Assembly: GCF_046119375.1 (NCBI RefSeq)
Contig: NW_027362764.1
Location: 799,180,001 to 799,244,000 of the forward strand
Direction: 5' to 3'
Source: Phyllobates terribilis
Taxonomy: Eukaryota
DNA: 64,000 nt
This document shows positions 1-12,274 of the stretch, piece after piece (positions within the stretch are counted from its first letter, which is position 1; the number at the start of each line of letters is the position of its first letter). The notes beneath the pieces are model-generated. The model did not search any database. It saw only the letters and a program-made list of their open reading frames with translations, and was not told where the DNA came from. A program made the position numbers and the translations under genes.

Positions 1-454
1 ATATTGGCGTGACCCCATGAATTTTGGGCTTAGGGCCAGCTGATAATACCAAGCTGGCCTTAACCCCTTTATTACCCAGTGAGCCACCGCACCAGGGCCC
101 TGGATGAGTTGGGTACAGCGCCAGAAGATGGCGCTTCAATGAACGCGCCATTTTCTGGGGCGGCTGCGGACTGCAATTTGCAGCGGGGGTGGCCCAGAAA
201 GCTTGGGTCTCCCTGCGCTGCGGATTCCAGCCCCCAGCTGCATAGTTGTATCTGGCTGGACACAAAAATAGGGCGAAGCCCCAAGCATTTTTTTTTTTAA
301 TTATTTCATGAAATTCATGGAATAATTAAGAAAAAAAGGGCTTCCCTATATTGTTGTGTCCAACCAGGTACAAATAGGCAGCTGGTGGTTGGGGGCAGCC
401 CATTCCTGCCTGCTGTACCTGGCTGGACACAAATATAGGGCGAAGCCCCACGTC

Positions 455-1480
455 AATTTTTTTTTAAATAAATCCTTTATTTTAACACTAAATGACATTT
501 GAGGAGTTAATAAAGATGCAGTCCCTAAATTATTATTTATTTTCTAATTAATTTTTCCCAAAACTTTTGACGTGGGCTTCGCCATATTTTTGTATGCCAG
601 CCAGGTACAGCATCCAGCTTCTATGAACGCGCCATTTTCCGGGGTGGCTGCGGACTGCAATTTTCAGCGGGGGGGGGGGGGGGGAGAAAGCTTGGGCCTC
701 CCTGCGCTGCAGATTCCATCCCCCAGCTGCCTAGTTGTACCTGGCTGGACACAAAAATAGGGAGAAGCTTCACGTATTTTTTTTTTTTAATTATTTCATG
801 AAATTCATGGAATAATTAAGAAAAAAAGGGCTTCCCTATATTGTTGTGTCCGGCCAGGTACAAATAGGCAGCTGGTGGTTGGGGGCAGCCCGTTCCTGCC
901 TGCTGTACCTGACTGGACACAAATATAGGGCGAAGCCCCACATAATTTTTTTTTAATTATTTCATGAATTTCCTGAAATAATTAAAAAAAAATTGACGTG
1001 GGGCTTCACACTATATTTGTGTCCAGCCAGGTACAGCAGGCAGGAACGGGCTGCCCCCAACCACCAGCTGCCTATTTGTACCTGGCCAGACACAACAATA
1101 TAGGGAAGCCCTTTTTTTCTTAATTATTCCATGAATTTCATGAAATAATTAAAAAAAAAAAAACGTGGGGCTTCTCCCTATTTTTGTGTCCAGCCAGGTA
1201 CAACTAGGCAGCTGGGGGATGGAATCTGCAGCGCAGGGAGGCCCAAGCTTTCTGCCCCCCGCTGAAAATTGCAGTCCGCGGCCGCCCCGGAAAATGGCGC
1301 GTTCATAGAAGCTGGATGCTGTACCTGGCTGGCATACAAAAATATGGCGAAGCCCACGTCAAAAGTTTTGGGAAAAATTTATTAAAAAATAAATAATAAT
1401 TTAGGGACTGCATCTTTATTAAGTCCTCAAATGTCATTTAGTGTTAAAATAAAGGATTTATTTTAAAAAAAAATGGCGTG
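455..1480. repeat. About 1-kb near-perfect palindrome (arms about 510 bp, axis at 969)
   Basis: 461-620 is the reverse complement of about 1320-1470. The centre AATTATTTCATGAA-T-TTCCTGAAATAATT (955-983) pairs around base 969 with one mismatch. About 135-460 is also a direct repeat of about 620-950. Confidence 0.88.
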
Positions 1481-2784
1481 GGATCCCCCATAATTTTAGT
1501 CTCTAGCGGAGGTTAAGCAGACGGCTGGGGCAGATGTTTGAAGCCTGGGAAGGGGGTAAAACCCACGGAGCTTCCCAGGCTACTAATATCAGCCCCCAGC
1601 TGAATACCTAGCCTTTACTAGCTATTAAAATGGGGGACCCCCCCCAAAAAAATGACGTGGGGTCCCCCCTATTTTAATAGCTAGCAAAGGCTAGGCAGAC
1701 AGCTGGGGGCTGATATTAATAGCTCAGGAAGGGTGCCATGAATATTGGCCCCCTCCCAGGCTAGAAACACCAGCCGTCAGCCGCCCCAGAAATGGCGCAT
1801 CCATAGGATGCGCCAATTCTGGCACTTAGCCTCGCTCTTCCACGCTGCCCTGGTGCGGTGGCAGGGGGTAATAGTGGTGGGGTTCATGTCAGCGCCAGCT
1901 GCCATGAAGCCCAGGTTAGTAATGATGGGTGTCTATAAGACACCCCCATTACTAACCTACAAAGTGTTAAAAAGAAAAAACACACTACACCCAGAAAAAA
2001 ATAATTTATTTGAAATAAAACACCATTTTATTTAATTCTTAGTTTACTAAAAAAAAATAGTTACCTGTCCACGTTCCTGCGCTGATCTCCCATGCACAGC
2101 TGTCACATCTGGAGATGGTGACAGCTGTGCATGGCTGCTGTAAGCTCACGCTGCCGGGAACACGTCCGCTCCCGGCAGCGGGAGCCCCTGACTGAGGTCA
2201 CCGGAGTGCATTCAGGCAGCGCAGCTCCGGAGACCTCCTTTACGGCAGTGCTGTACCGTGGGAATTTCTCACGATACAGCAGTGCCGTAAAGCAGCTAAC
2301 CGGAGCAGCGCTGCCTTAACTCTGGTGAACCCTTACGGCCCCGTCATTCTAGCGGCGGCAGCGGTTCAGAGCGGTCACATTCTATGTGGCTGCTCTGAAC
2401 TGGAGATCTTCGTGGGACACTCGTGGACTGCTACGGAGGGGTAAGGATAAGGTTGTGGTTTATTATTTTATATTTTATTACAGGAGATCGATGGCTTCGG
2501 GGAATTAGGTGTCTAGGTGAGTATAGGTGTAGTTTTTTATTTTTTACTTTATTTTAGGTGACGATCGGCGGGGACAGGTAATGTATAAACTAATTTCTTT
2601 TAGGTAACCACTGGCCACCAATGACATGTATTTAACATTTATTGGGGACACAGTAGGGCAATTTATATAGCAGGATCAGGCTGATGGGAACTACTGCTCC
2701 CATCGAGCTGATCCTGCTGGCACGAGTGGACGGGGGACAGACATAGGCCGATGGGAGTAGTAGTGTCACATCGGCCTATGTCTG

Positions 2785-2955
2785 NNNNNNNNNNNNNNNN
2801 NNNNNNNNNNNNNNNNNNNNNNNNNNNNNNNNNNNNNNNNNNNNNNNNNNNNNNNNNNNNNNNNNNNNNNNNNNNNNNNNNNNNNNNNNNNNNNNNNNNN
2901 NNNNNNNNNNNNNNNNNNNNNNNNNNNNNNNNNNNNNNNNNNNNNNNNNNNNNNN
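2785..2955. other. Assembly gap (171 N)
   Basis: Run of N from 2785 to 2955. Confidence 1.
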
Positions 2956-3589
2956 GTCTGGGAGGTGAGGCTGACCTGTGCGGCCGTGGGAAAGTTCATG
3001 TGAGTTCATGCAGTCAAGCATGAACTCACATGAACCCTCTGAGGGCACCGCGGCTACTTCAAATGAACAGCTGATCGGCATCACCTGATACCTCAGCTGT
3101 TCATTTGAAATAACCGGCGGGAAAGCGCAGCACAGAACGGGAAAGCCGGCGGTGAAGTCTTTTCACTGCCGGCTTCCCCGCCCGGGTCCTTCGCTCCTTG
3201 GTGCTGCGCTCCCCGCCCGGTCCTAATTTACGATTGGGATTGGAGGTGGCGGGGGGAGCGGAGGATCGGGGTGGGAGGCTGCGGGGAAGCAGTATGGGGC
3301 TGTGTGATTGTTTAAAAGCCGGCGGCTTTTTACCGCCCGCCGGCTTTTAAACAATCAGGAGAATTCTCCCACGCTGGGATGGCATTCTGATGACAAGCTG
3401 GATCGCAGCTGAGCGCTGCCATCCAGCTTGTCATCCTTCACAGACACTGCAGAGCGCAGGCATTATGGGAACTTCCGATTCCGGTATTCGATATTATAAA
3501 AGTATCGGAATTAAGTATCGGAATTCCGATACAGTGAATATCGGCCGATACCCGATATTTCAGTATCGGAATGCTCAACACTACTTATG

Positions 3590-3782
3590 ACCATAGGATA
3601 TTTCAGTTTTTCTTTTTTAATAAATTTGCAAAAATTTCTACATTTCTGTTTTTTTCAGTGAAGATGGGGTGCAGAGTGTACTTTAATGAGAAAAAAATGA
3701 ACTTTTTAGAATTTACCAAATGGCTGCAATGAAACAAAGAGTGAAAAATTTAAAGGGGTCTGAATACTTTCCGTACCCACTG
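3590..3782. mobile_element. Terminal fragment (one TIR) of a Tc1-like transposon
   Basis: Ends GGGGTCTGAATACTTTCCGTACCCACTG followed by TA (3783-3784). This reads CAGTGGGTACGGAAAGTATTCAGACCCC on the minus strand, a typical Tc1 terminus, preceded by AT-rich TIR-like sequence. Confidence 0.7.
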
Positions 3783-4816
3783 TAGGAGAAGAGCTACAGG
3801 GAGCAGAGCCACCGCAGTCCCCCCATACATTGCACACACTGGATATACAGTACAGACCAAAAGTTTGGACACACCTTCTCATTTAAAGATTTTTCTGTAT
3901 TTTCATAACTATGAAAATTGTACATTCACACTGAAGGCATCAAAACTATGAATTACCACATGTGGAATTATATACTTAACAAAAAAGTGTGAAACAACTG
4001 AAAATATGTCTTATATTCTAGGTTCTTCAAAGTAGCCACCTTTTGCTTTGATGACTGCTTTGCACACTCTTGGCATTCTCTTGATGAGCTTCAAGAAGTA
4101 GAAGAACCTAGAATATTAGAGATATTTTCAGTTATTTCACACTTTTTTGTTAAGTATATAATTCCACATGTGGTAATTCATAGTTTTGATGCCTTCAGTG
4201 TGAATGTACAATTTTTATAGTCATGAAAATACAGAAAAATCTTTAAATGAGAAGGTGTGTCCAAACTTTTTGTCTGTACTGTATAACAGGAGAGGAGCTG
4301 CAGGGAGCGGAGGTGCCTGTGTCCCCCATACACTGCACACACTAGATATAGATATATAACAGGAGAGGAGCTGCAGGAAGCGGAGCCGCCTGTGTCCCCC
4401 ATACACAGCACACACTGGATTTATATATGACAGGAGAGGAGCTGCAGGGAGCGGAGCTGCCTGTGTCCCCCATACACTGCACACACTGGATATATATAAC
4501 AGGAGAGGAGCTGCAGGGAGCGGAGCTGCCTGTGTCTCCCATACACTGCACACACTGGATATATATATAACAGGAGAGGAGCTGCAGGGAGAGGAGCCGC
4601 CTGTGTCCCCCATACTCTGCACACACTGGATATAGGTATAACAGGAGAGGAGCTGCAGGGAGAGGAGCCGCCTGTGTCCCCCATACTCTGCACACACTGG
4701 ATATAGGTATAACAGGAGAGGAGCTGCAGGGAGAGGAGCCGCCTGTGTCCCCCATACTCTGCACACACTGGATATATATATATAACAGGAGAGGAGCTGC
4801 AGGGAGCGGAGCCGCC
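3783..4816. repeat. Minisatellite A, 69-73 bp unit, about 8-9 copies, interrupted by a Tc1 MITE
   Basis: Unit CAGGAGAGGAGCTGCAGGGAGCGGAGCCGCCTGTGTCCCCCATACACTGCACACACTGGA(TA)nA starts at 4287, 4360, 4431, 4500, 4571, 4642, 4713 and 4786; one diverged unit lies at 3783-3847. Confidence 0.93.
3848..4281. mobile_element. Internally deleted Tc1-family element (MITE-like) with both TIRs and TA target duplication
   Basis: TA|CAGTACAGACCAAAAGTTTGGACACACC ... GGTGTGTCCAAACTTTTTGTCTGTACTG|TA. Inverted repeats are about 180 bp (3848 to about 4030, about 4100 to 4281). Same family as 16860-17187, which retains Tc1 transposase residues. Confidence 0.9.
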
Positions 4817-5150
4817 GTCTGTGTCTCCTTCCGGCCTCTCAGCAGATCCAGGTCGTCCTCACATCGTACAATCAGCTTCCTGCACGATACAGATCGGGGC
4901 ACAGATCCCGGTGATGGTGACCGGTGCCGGGAATAGAAGGGACGAGCTCCCGCAGCAGTTTTATCTCCGCAGATACACAGTGAGGTGCAGCCCGGGAGGA
5001 CTATGGGGAGATCCCGGCTCCTTCCTGCCTCCTCCTCCGCCAGTGACGGCTGTAGACATGTAGGGGAGATGTCAGGGAGGAGGAGGACACGGAGGAAGCG
5101 CGCTCTGCTGCCCGGTCCTGGCCGGTAATGGGCTCTTATCCCGGGCAGGG

Positions 5151-5275
5151 AAGCACAAAAGAGAGCGGAGCTTCACTTGGCTCAGACAGAAGGGGCGGGG
5201 CCTGTGTCCAGTGTCAGCCAATAGAAGCTCAGGAGGAAGCAGCCATTCAGTGCGCAGTGTGACTGTACATATAAG
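5151..5275 (+). promoter_or_regulatory. Histone H1 promoter (AC-box-like element, GC box, CCAAT, TATA)
   Basis: AAGCACA 5151-5157 (one mismatch to the H1 AC box AAACACA), GGGGCGGGG 5192-5200, CCAAT 5218-5222 and CATATAAG 5268-5275, in the order expected for vertebrate H1 promoters. Confidence 0.65.
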
Positions 5276-5343
5276 AGGCGCCTCCAGCTCCGTCCTCAGT
5301 GTTTTCCTTCCAGGAGATTCTTGTTTCTGTTCCTCATCACACA

Positions 5344-5979
5344 ATGGCAGAGACCGCGCCAGCCGCCGCTGCTCCTCCCGCCGAACCGGCCGCCAAAGCC
5401 AAGAAGCAGCCGAAGAAATCGGCCGCAGGGGGCGCCAAGAAGAGCAAGAAACCCTCCGGTCCCAGCGTGTCCGAGCTGATCGTCAAAGCCGTGTCCGCCT
5501 CTAAGGAGCGCAGCGGGGTGTCTCTGGCCGCCCTGAAGAAGGCTCTGGCTGCCGGAGGCTACGATGTGGAGAAGAACAACAGCCGCCTGAAGCAGGCCGT
5601 CAGGACTCTGGTCGCCAAGGAGTCCCTGCTCCAGGTGAAGGGCAGCGGCGCCTCCGGCTCCTTCAAGCTGAACAAGAAGCTGGAGACCAAGGACAAGCCG
5701 GCCAAGAAGAAGCCGGCGGCTGCTGCCAAACCCAAGAAACCCGCGGCAAAATCCCCAAAGAAGCCCAAGAAGGCTCCGACCGCGGCCAAGAAAAGCCCGA
5801 AAAAGGCCAAGAAGCCCGCAGCAGCCGCGGCCAAGAAAGCAACCAAGAGCCCCAAGAAGCCGAAGGCAGCTCCGAAGCCCAAGAAGGTGACTAAGAGCCC
5901 TGCTAAGAAGGCAGCCAAAGCTGCCAAGAGTCCGGCTAAGAAGGCAACTAAAGCCAAGAAGCCTGCGGCCAAGAAATAA
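5344..5979 (+). CDS. H1: Replication-dependent linker histone H1, 211 aa
   Basis: ATG at 5344 ([12 protein letters not shown]). Globular domain [44 protein letters not shown]...[13 protein letters not shown], Lys/Ala/Pro-rich tail with SPKK motifs, intronless, stem-loop downstream. Confidence 0.98.
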   Translation: MAETAPAAAAPPAEPAAKAKKQPKKSAAGGAKKSKKPSGPSVSELIVKAVSASKERSGVSLAALKKALAAGGYDVEKNNSRLKQAVRTLVAKESLLQVKGSGASGSFKLNKKLETKDKPAKKKPAAAAKPKKPAAKSPKKPKKAPTAAKKSPKKAKKPAAAAAKKATKSPKKPKAAPKPKKVTKSPAKKAAKAAKSPAKKATKAKKPAAKK

Positions 5980-6008
5980 GCGGAGCCGCTCTGTCCTCCT
6001 ACCACAAA

Positions 6009-6049
6009 GGCTCTTATCAGAGCCACCACCTTGTTCCTGCAGAGCTGTA
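6009..6049 (+). terminator. H1 3' stem-loop plus HDE
   Basis: CAAA-GGCTCT-TATC-AGAGCC (6009-6024), then ACCAC, then AGAGCTGTA at 6041-6049, 16 nt after the stem. Confidence 0.95.
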
Positions 6050-6455
6050 TGATCAGTGCCACCACCTTGTCCCCGCAGAGCTGTATGATCAGTGCATCCA
6101 CCTTGTCCCCGCAGAGCTGTATGATCAGTGCCACCACCTTGTCCCCGCAGAGCTGTATTATCAGTGCCACCACCTTGTCCCCTCAGCTGTATGATCAGTG
6201 ACGCCACCTTGTCCCCTCAGAGCTGTATGATCAGTGACACCACCTTGTTCCCTCAGAGCTGTATGATCAGTGCCACCACCTTGTCCCCTCAGAGCTGTAT
6301 GATCAGGGCCACCACCTTGTCCCCTCAGAGCTGTATGATCAGTGCCACCACCTTGTCTCCTCAGAGCTGTATGATCAGTGCCACCACCTTGTCCCCTCAG
6401 AGCTGTATGATCAGTGCCACCACCTTGTCCCTGCAGAGCTGTATGATCAGTGCCA
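6016..6455 (+). repeat. Short array (about 12 units) of the 36-bp HDE-derived repeat
   Basis: The GATCAG register recurs at 6051, 6087, 6123, 6159 (variant), 6193, 6229, 6265, 6301, 6337, 6373, 6409 and 6445; one unit is 34 bp. Confidence 0.96.
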
Positions 6456-6804
6456 TGATGGAGCGGGCAGGGCTGATCTCATGTCAGAATACATAGTTAC
6501 ACTGCTCCTCTGTAGCTGCCGGTGATCGGTCTGAGCGCTGCCGTCAGTGCAGACCTGCGGCGGAACAATGCGCTGAACTCTATATCACACGCTTCCTTGG
6601 TAGTTTCTGGGCTCATTGAATGTTCCTTCAGATGACAGTTGTCCAGGTCAGAACAGATGCCCGAGCTGTAGACGATCGCAGTGACTGCAGGAGGTTGTTC
6701 TCTGTACAGGGGGGAGGGGCGGCGCAGCGTTCCGGTGTCTGCCGCAGTCTGCGCTGATATCAGGGGACGTGGAGATCTGCTGTGCAGAGCAAGATATAAA
6801 AGCA

Positions 6805-7290
6805 GCACTAATAGAGGATTATAGCCATTGTGTCAAGCACTAATAGAGGATTATAGCCATTGTGCCAAGCACGAATAGAGGATTGTAGCTACTGTGCCAA
6901 GCAGTAATAGAGGATTATACCCACTGTGCCAAGCACTAATTGAGGATTGTAGCCATTGTGCCAGCACTAATAGCAGGAATTATATCCACTGTGTCAAGTA
7001 GTGATAGAAGATTATACCCACTGTGCCAAGCACTAATAGAGGATTATAGCCACTGTGCCAAACACTAATAGAGGATTATAGCTACTGTGCCAAGCACTAA
7101 TAGAGGATTGTACCCACTGTGCCAAGCACTAATAGAGGTTTATACCCACTGTGCCAAGCACTAATAGAGGATTATATCCAGTGTGTCAAGCACTAATAGC
7201 AGGGATTATACCCACTGAGCTAAACACTAATAGCAGGGATTATACCCACTGAGCTAAACACTAATAGAAGGGATTATACCCACTGTGCTA
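6805..7290. repeat. Minisatellite B, 32-34 bp unit, about 15 copies
   Basis: Consensus GCACTAATAGAGGATTATAGCCACTGTGCCAA, tandemly repeated between H1 and H4. Confidence 0.93.
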
Positions 7291-7534
7291 TATCCACTTT
7301 CCCGCTGATTTCCCTCTGATGTCACACACCGTTTGCTCTCCAGGCCGGTGGAGGCGTCTGATCGATGATGATCTCCCAGAGATTGATCTATTTCCAGCCT
7401 GGATCTCCCGCTGTCATTATTGGAGCAGGCAGGATCTCCAGTCTCCGAGCAGCAGCGCCGAGATGAGGAGAGAAGCGGGAAAATTACAGCACAATGAGCG
7501 GGAAATTCAAAATCACCAACTGTTCTGTGTTCAG

Positions 7535-8005
<471 letters not shown>

Positions 8006-8037
8006 TTGTGTTCTCCGCTCCATCCTCACCCCCCAAA

Positions 8038-8080
8038 GGCTCTTATCAGAGCCGCCCACATGTACAGTGGAGAAGCTGTG
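8038..8080 (+). terminator. H4 3' stem-loop plus HDE
   Basis: CCAAA-GGCTCT-TATC-AGAGCC (8038-8053); purine-rich GGAGAAGCTGTG at 8069-8080. Confidence 0.9.
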
Positions 8081-8820
8081 ATTCCTGCTGGATGAATGCA
8101 GTAATGAGGTGACGGGATCTCGGGTCTGGAGCAGGAGGCGCCGCGGTGTTAGATCCGCTCCCTGCAGCGTCAGGTGCTGGGGACGGAGGGGAGAGATCAC
8201 TAATATCCGCGTCAGTGTAAAGTGCGGCCGGAGCAAATATCTCTAATTAGAAATGTAGTATAGTTCTTCTGATTCGCTATGTCTCTTTCCTCATGTGCAG
8301 GCAATACAGGACCTTATGTATCCATAAGGAAAGGAAGCGACATGTGAGAGTCCCCCCGGGCAGCTCCATCACCTGAGAGGCGGAAGAGTCTCAGATACAA
8401 GAAAACGACATCAAATATCCAGAAGTGATCGGCAGCGACCATCGCAGCGCGCGGGGGAGGATCTGCTCCAATCAGTGTCGCACATGAAGAAACCGACAGC
8501 AGCCTGAGATCACCACCTGCATCATCGTCATCATAGAGAGGATGTGATGGGCAGCAGCGGTCACCGGTCTGGAAGCGACGTGTGATGATGCATAAAGCTG
8601 AATAATAATCATCACCTGGACTGATCCAGCAAACAAGGATTGTGGACTATACAGTAGATTCCCATGAATTATTATCGGGGAGGGTTTTCATACATTTATT
8701 CTCCATAGATCAGTAGAAGTTTTCTCTTCGCATTTCTGCTCTTTATTTCTTGTATTTTTCTCACCATTCGCGAGTAGCGGGACAGATTCTTATGATAGCT
8801 GACAAAAGCATCGGGTGTTT

Positions 8821-9369
<549 letters not shown>

Positions 9370-9398
9370 ATCTGCCCGGGCCCCGAGAACAACACAAA

Positions 9399-9437
9399 GG
9401 CTCTTTTCAGAGCCACCAAATCCTCCAGGACGAGCTG
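9399..9437 (+). terminator. H3 3' stem-loop plus HDE
   Basis: CAAA-GGCTCT-TTTC-AGAGCC (9399-9414), ACCAA, then GACGAGCTG at 9429-9437. Confidence 0.93.
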
Positions 9438-10250
9438 ATCTCTATTACTCTGATCCCTCAGAAGCGGCCTGGGCTGCGGGATGTCGGTGCTGTTCTCACT
9501 GCTGCGGTTGCTGTCAGATTATACCTGTGATGGAGCTGAGCCCAGTGATGCGACCTGTATGCAGCTTTATAACTGGCAGTGGTTATATTGTAGGTGATCA
9601 GCAGGTGGCGCTCTCTCACATCTGGGGCTGATAAATGATCCGTGAAGTGTCTGCGGAGCAGAGAGATGTCCGCGCTCATCCGCCGCCTCCTCCGCACAGT
9701 CCTCCTCGGGACTCCTCGGTTCTGGCTGATATTACAGTAAGTTCTCGGTTCTGCTGCCGGTAGCCGACATTCTCCACCGCCCTCATATAGGACGTCAGAC
9801 ACTGAAGGGTTAATTCTGCCTCCGCTTTGCCGGTTTCTAGCTCGGTGCTGCTCGGCTGATCCCGCTTCTCCCGCTCTTTCTCTCCATGTAATATTTAGGG
9901 TCAGGACGAGCGTTTCTCGTGCGGTTCGTCACAATCTGTAATAACCGCTGAGAGGAGGCCGCACTGGATCAGGCGCCATCATGATGACAAAGGGTTAATG
10001 GCAGAAGAGATCGCTGCGCCAGTCCGTGTCTTAATGTAACCAGCAGAGCCTGAGGGGAGGGGGCAGGCGACGGCTCTGTGCTCCCGTATGTGAGCATAGG
10101 ACAGGCAAGGGTTAAGGATAAAGCCGCAGCGTCTGCACTCGGACGACGGGCAGGAAAGCAATCAGCCAGTAAAGAGTTAATGTAACGGCTTTCACGAGCA
10201 GCTGTGAAGAGGGCGGGTGGCGGTTGGGTGAGAAAGTCATCTGAACTACG

Positions 10251-10367
10251 TGACGTCACACGTCCCGCCCCTACAGCTGATTGGTGTTTTCTCAAGTCTG
10301 ATCTCCATAGGCGGCTTCAGATCTGTCCAATGAGAGGAGAGGAGGGCGGGGCAGCAGCTTATATAAA
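10251..10367 (+). promoter_or_regulatory. Histone H2A promoter (CRE, CCAAT boxes, TATA)
   Basis: TGACGTCA 10251-10258, ATTGG 10280-10284, CCAAT 10327-10331, TATATAAA 10360-10367. Confidence 0.72.
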
Positions 10368-10401
10368 CCTCCAGCAGCGCGGGCTCCTCACATTCTGCTG
10401 A

Positions 10402-10809
<408 letters not shown>

Positions 10810-10838
10810 GCGCTGCAGCCGATCTGTCCACAACCAAA

Positions 10839-10877
10839 GGCTCTTTTAAGAGCCACCACATCCTCCTGATAAGAGCC
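10839..10877 (+). terminator. H2A 3' stem-loop plus HDE
   Basis: CCAAA-GGCTCT-TTTA-AGAGCC (10839-10854), ACCAC, then AAGAGCC at 10871-10877. Confidence 0.92.
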
Positions 10878-10911
10878 GGCACCGCTGATCCTCCGTCTCC
10901 TATAGTGTGTA

Positions 10912-11826
10912 TTAGGTTATGTGCATACGCTGAGGTTTTTTGGCGGTTTTCGCTGTGAAAACACTACGTCATCAGATTGCCAGGTATTGTGGAAAAAACG
11001 CAGCCTGTCCATTGTGCGCTTGTATCCGCTGTGAATTTGCGCATATTGACTATACCTGCAGATTTGCCGTTTTAATTTAAAGCCAATGTGCGCAAATTCA
11101 CGGCAGAAACAAGCTGTGAGTGGTACCGGGGTCGGCAGAGGACTATTACGCCTCATCCCACCGCCGCTCCCGCTGATAAGTGTTGCGTCGCGGCAGAGGG
11201 GAGCAGTAGTTTCCTCAGCTGAGCCGGGTACCACGCGGTGCAAATAAAAAAAAAAAAAATGTAAAACTAACCAAAAAACCCACAATACTCATCTGTCCGT
11301 TGTCCTCAGTCCCCAGCGATCTTATCTGCCAGGACCTGCGCTGCTGAGTGCTGATCGTGGGTGGGGGGGCGTAGCAGAGCTGTGAGCTGTTAATAGCCAG
11401 GGACCATGTTTGCCTAATGGCTCCTACCTAGGCTGAAATAGCTCACAGCTGCTCCAGATATTACATGAATGGAAATGCTAATGAGATTGAGTAAATGGGA
11501 TTAGCTGACACCTTGTCATCACCAAACAAAAGATCTAGGTGTCAATCAAACCCTTTGACACCAAACCTAATTAAAGAGTTAAATAAATACACAGACACAG
11601 AGTAAACACTATTTAAAGAATGTGTCTGTTGCATTTCAATCATTTAAATTAACCAATATATTCGCCCCAGTTCTGATGGTAATCCTAAAACCAATGTCCC
11701 ACCAAATAACTTTTAGCTCCAAAAAGCATTCATTGATGTACAAAAACGCTTAAAAAATGCATCAAAAAGGCGTCAAAAAGGGTGGAAATTTCTGCTTCAA
11801 CTCCTGAATGTACGCGCATAGTCTAA
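10912..11826. mobile_element. Possible degenerate MITE (Harbinger- or Kolobok-like ends)
   Basis: The left end TTAGGTTATGTGCATAC and the reverse complement of the right end TTAGACTATGCGCGTAC match at 13 of 17 positions. The interior is non-coding and the TSD is not clean. Confidence 0.35.
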
Positions 11827-12274
11827 CACCGGTTATGGCCGCACTAGGCGATATATACTTGTATTTGTAGCCTATTTGGTTCCTGCACCAGTGATCGCTG
11901 ACTGTTAAGCGGATGATTATTTTTCCCCTATTTAAGGCTGTATGCCCCCCATATAGTGTCTCCCACTGGATTCCTGTGCCGTATACCATCAATATACTTC
12001 TGTATATCCCCATATAATTTTCTTTACCCCTGCACTAATGTGCTGTATACCAAGAGGGAAGGATGTAGGGTTATTGGGTTTTCTGATCTTCCCTGCACCC
12101 AGTGTGAGTGTTGGGGCCCAGGAGAATGTTCTGTGATTCCTGTACTAGATTCTCCCTATACAAAGTGTAGATCCTATAAGATCAGAGGAAGAAATAGGTA
12201 CCTGGGAGTTTGGGCGACCGCCTTATCACCAGACTCAGACGTTCTCCTTACTGTTTGCTTGCCTGAGGACGAGT

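Larger units (their letters stand above)
1..3583. mobile_element. Hairpin-rich non-autonomous DNA transposon, hAT-like; right end only, left end outside the window
   Basis: Ends in GCTCAACACTA (3573-3583), the exact reverse complement of TAGTGTTGAGC that starts the hAT-type element at 12809. The interior is modular direct and inverted repeats with no credible ORF. The TSD cannot be checked, and whether 1-3583 is a single element is inferred. Confidence 0.5.

Noticed and set aside
4178-4902. ORFs in minisatellite A (also 19370-19814)
   Set aside because: Repetitive translations of a tandem repeat whose variable TA linker shifts frame between units.
6700-6804. TATA-like GATATAAAAG before minisatellite B as a relic H2B promoter
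   Set aside because: No octamer or CCAAT at the right spacing and no H2B-like sequence downstream.
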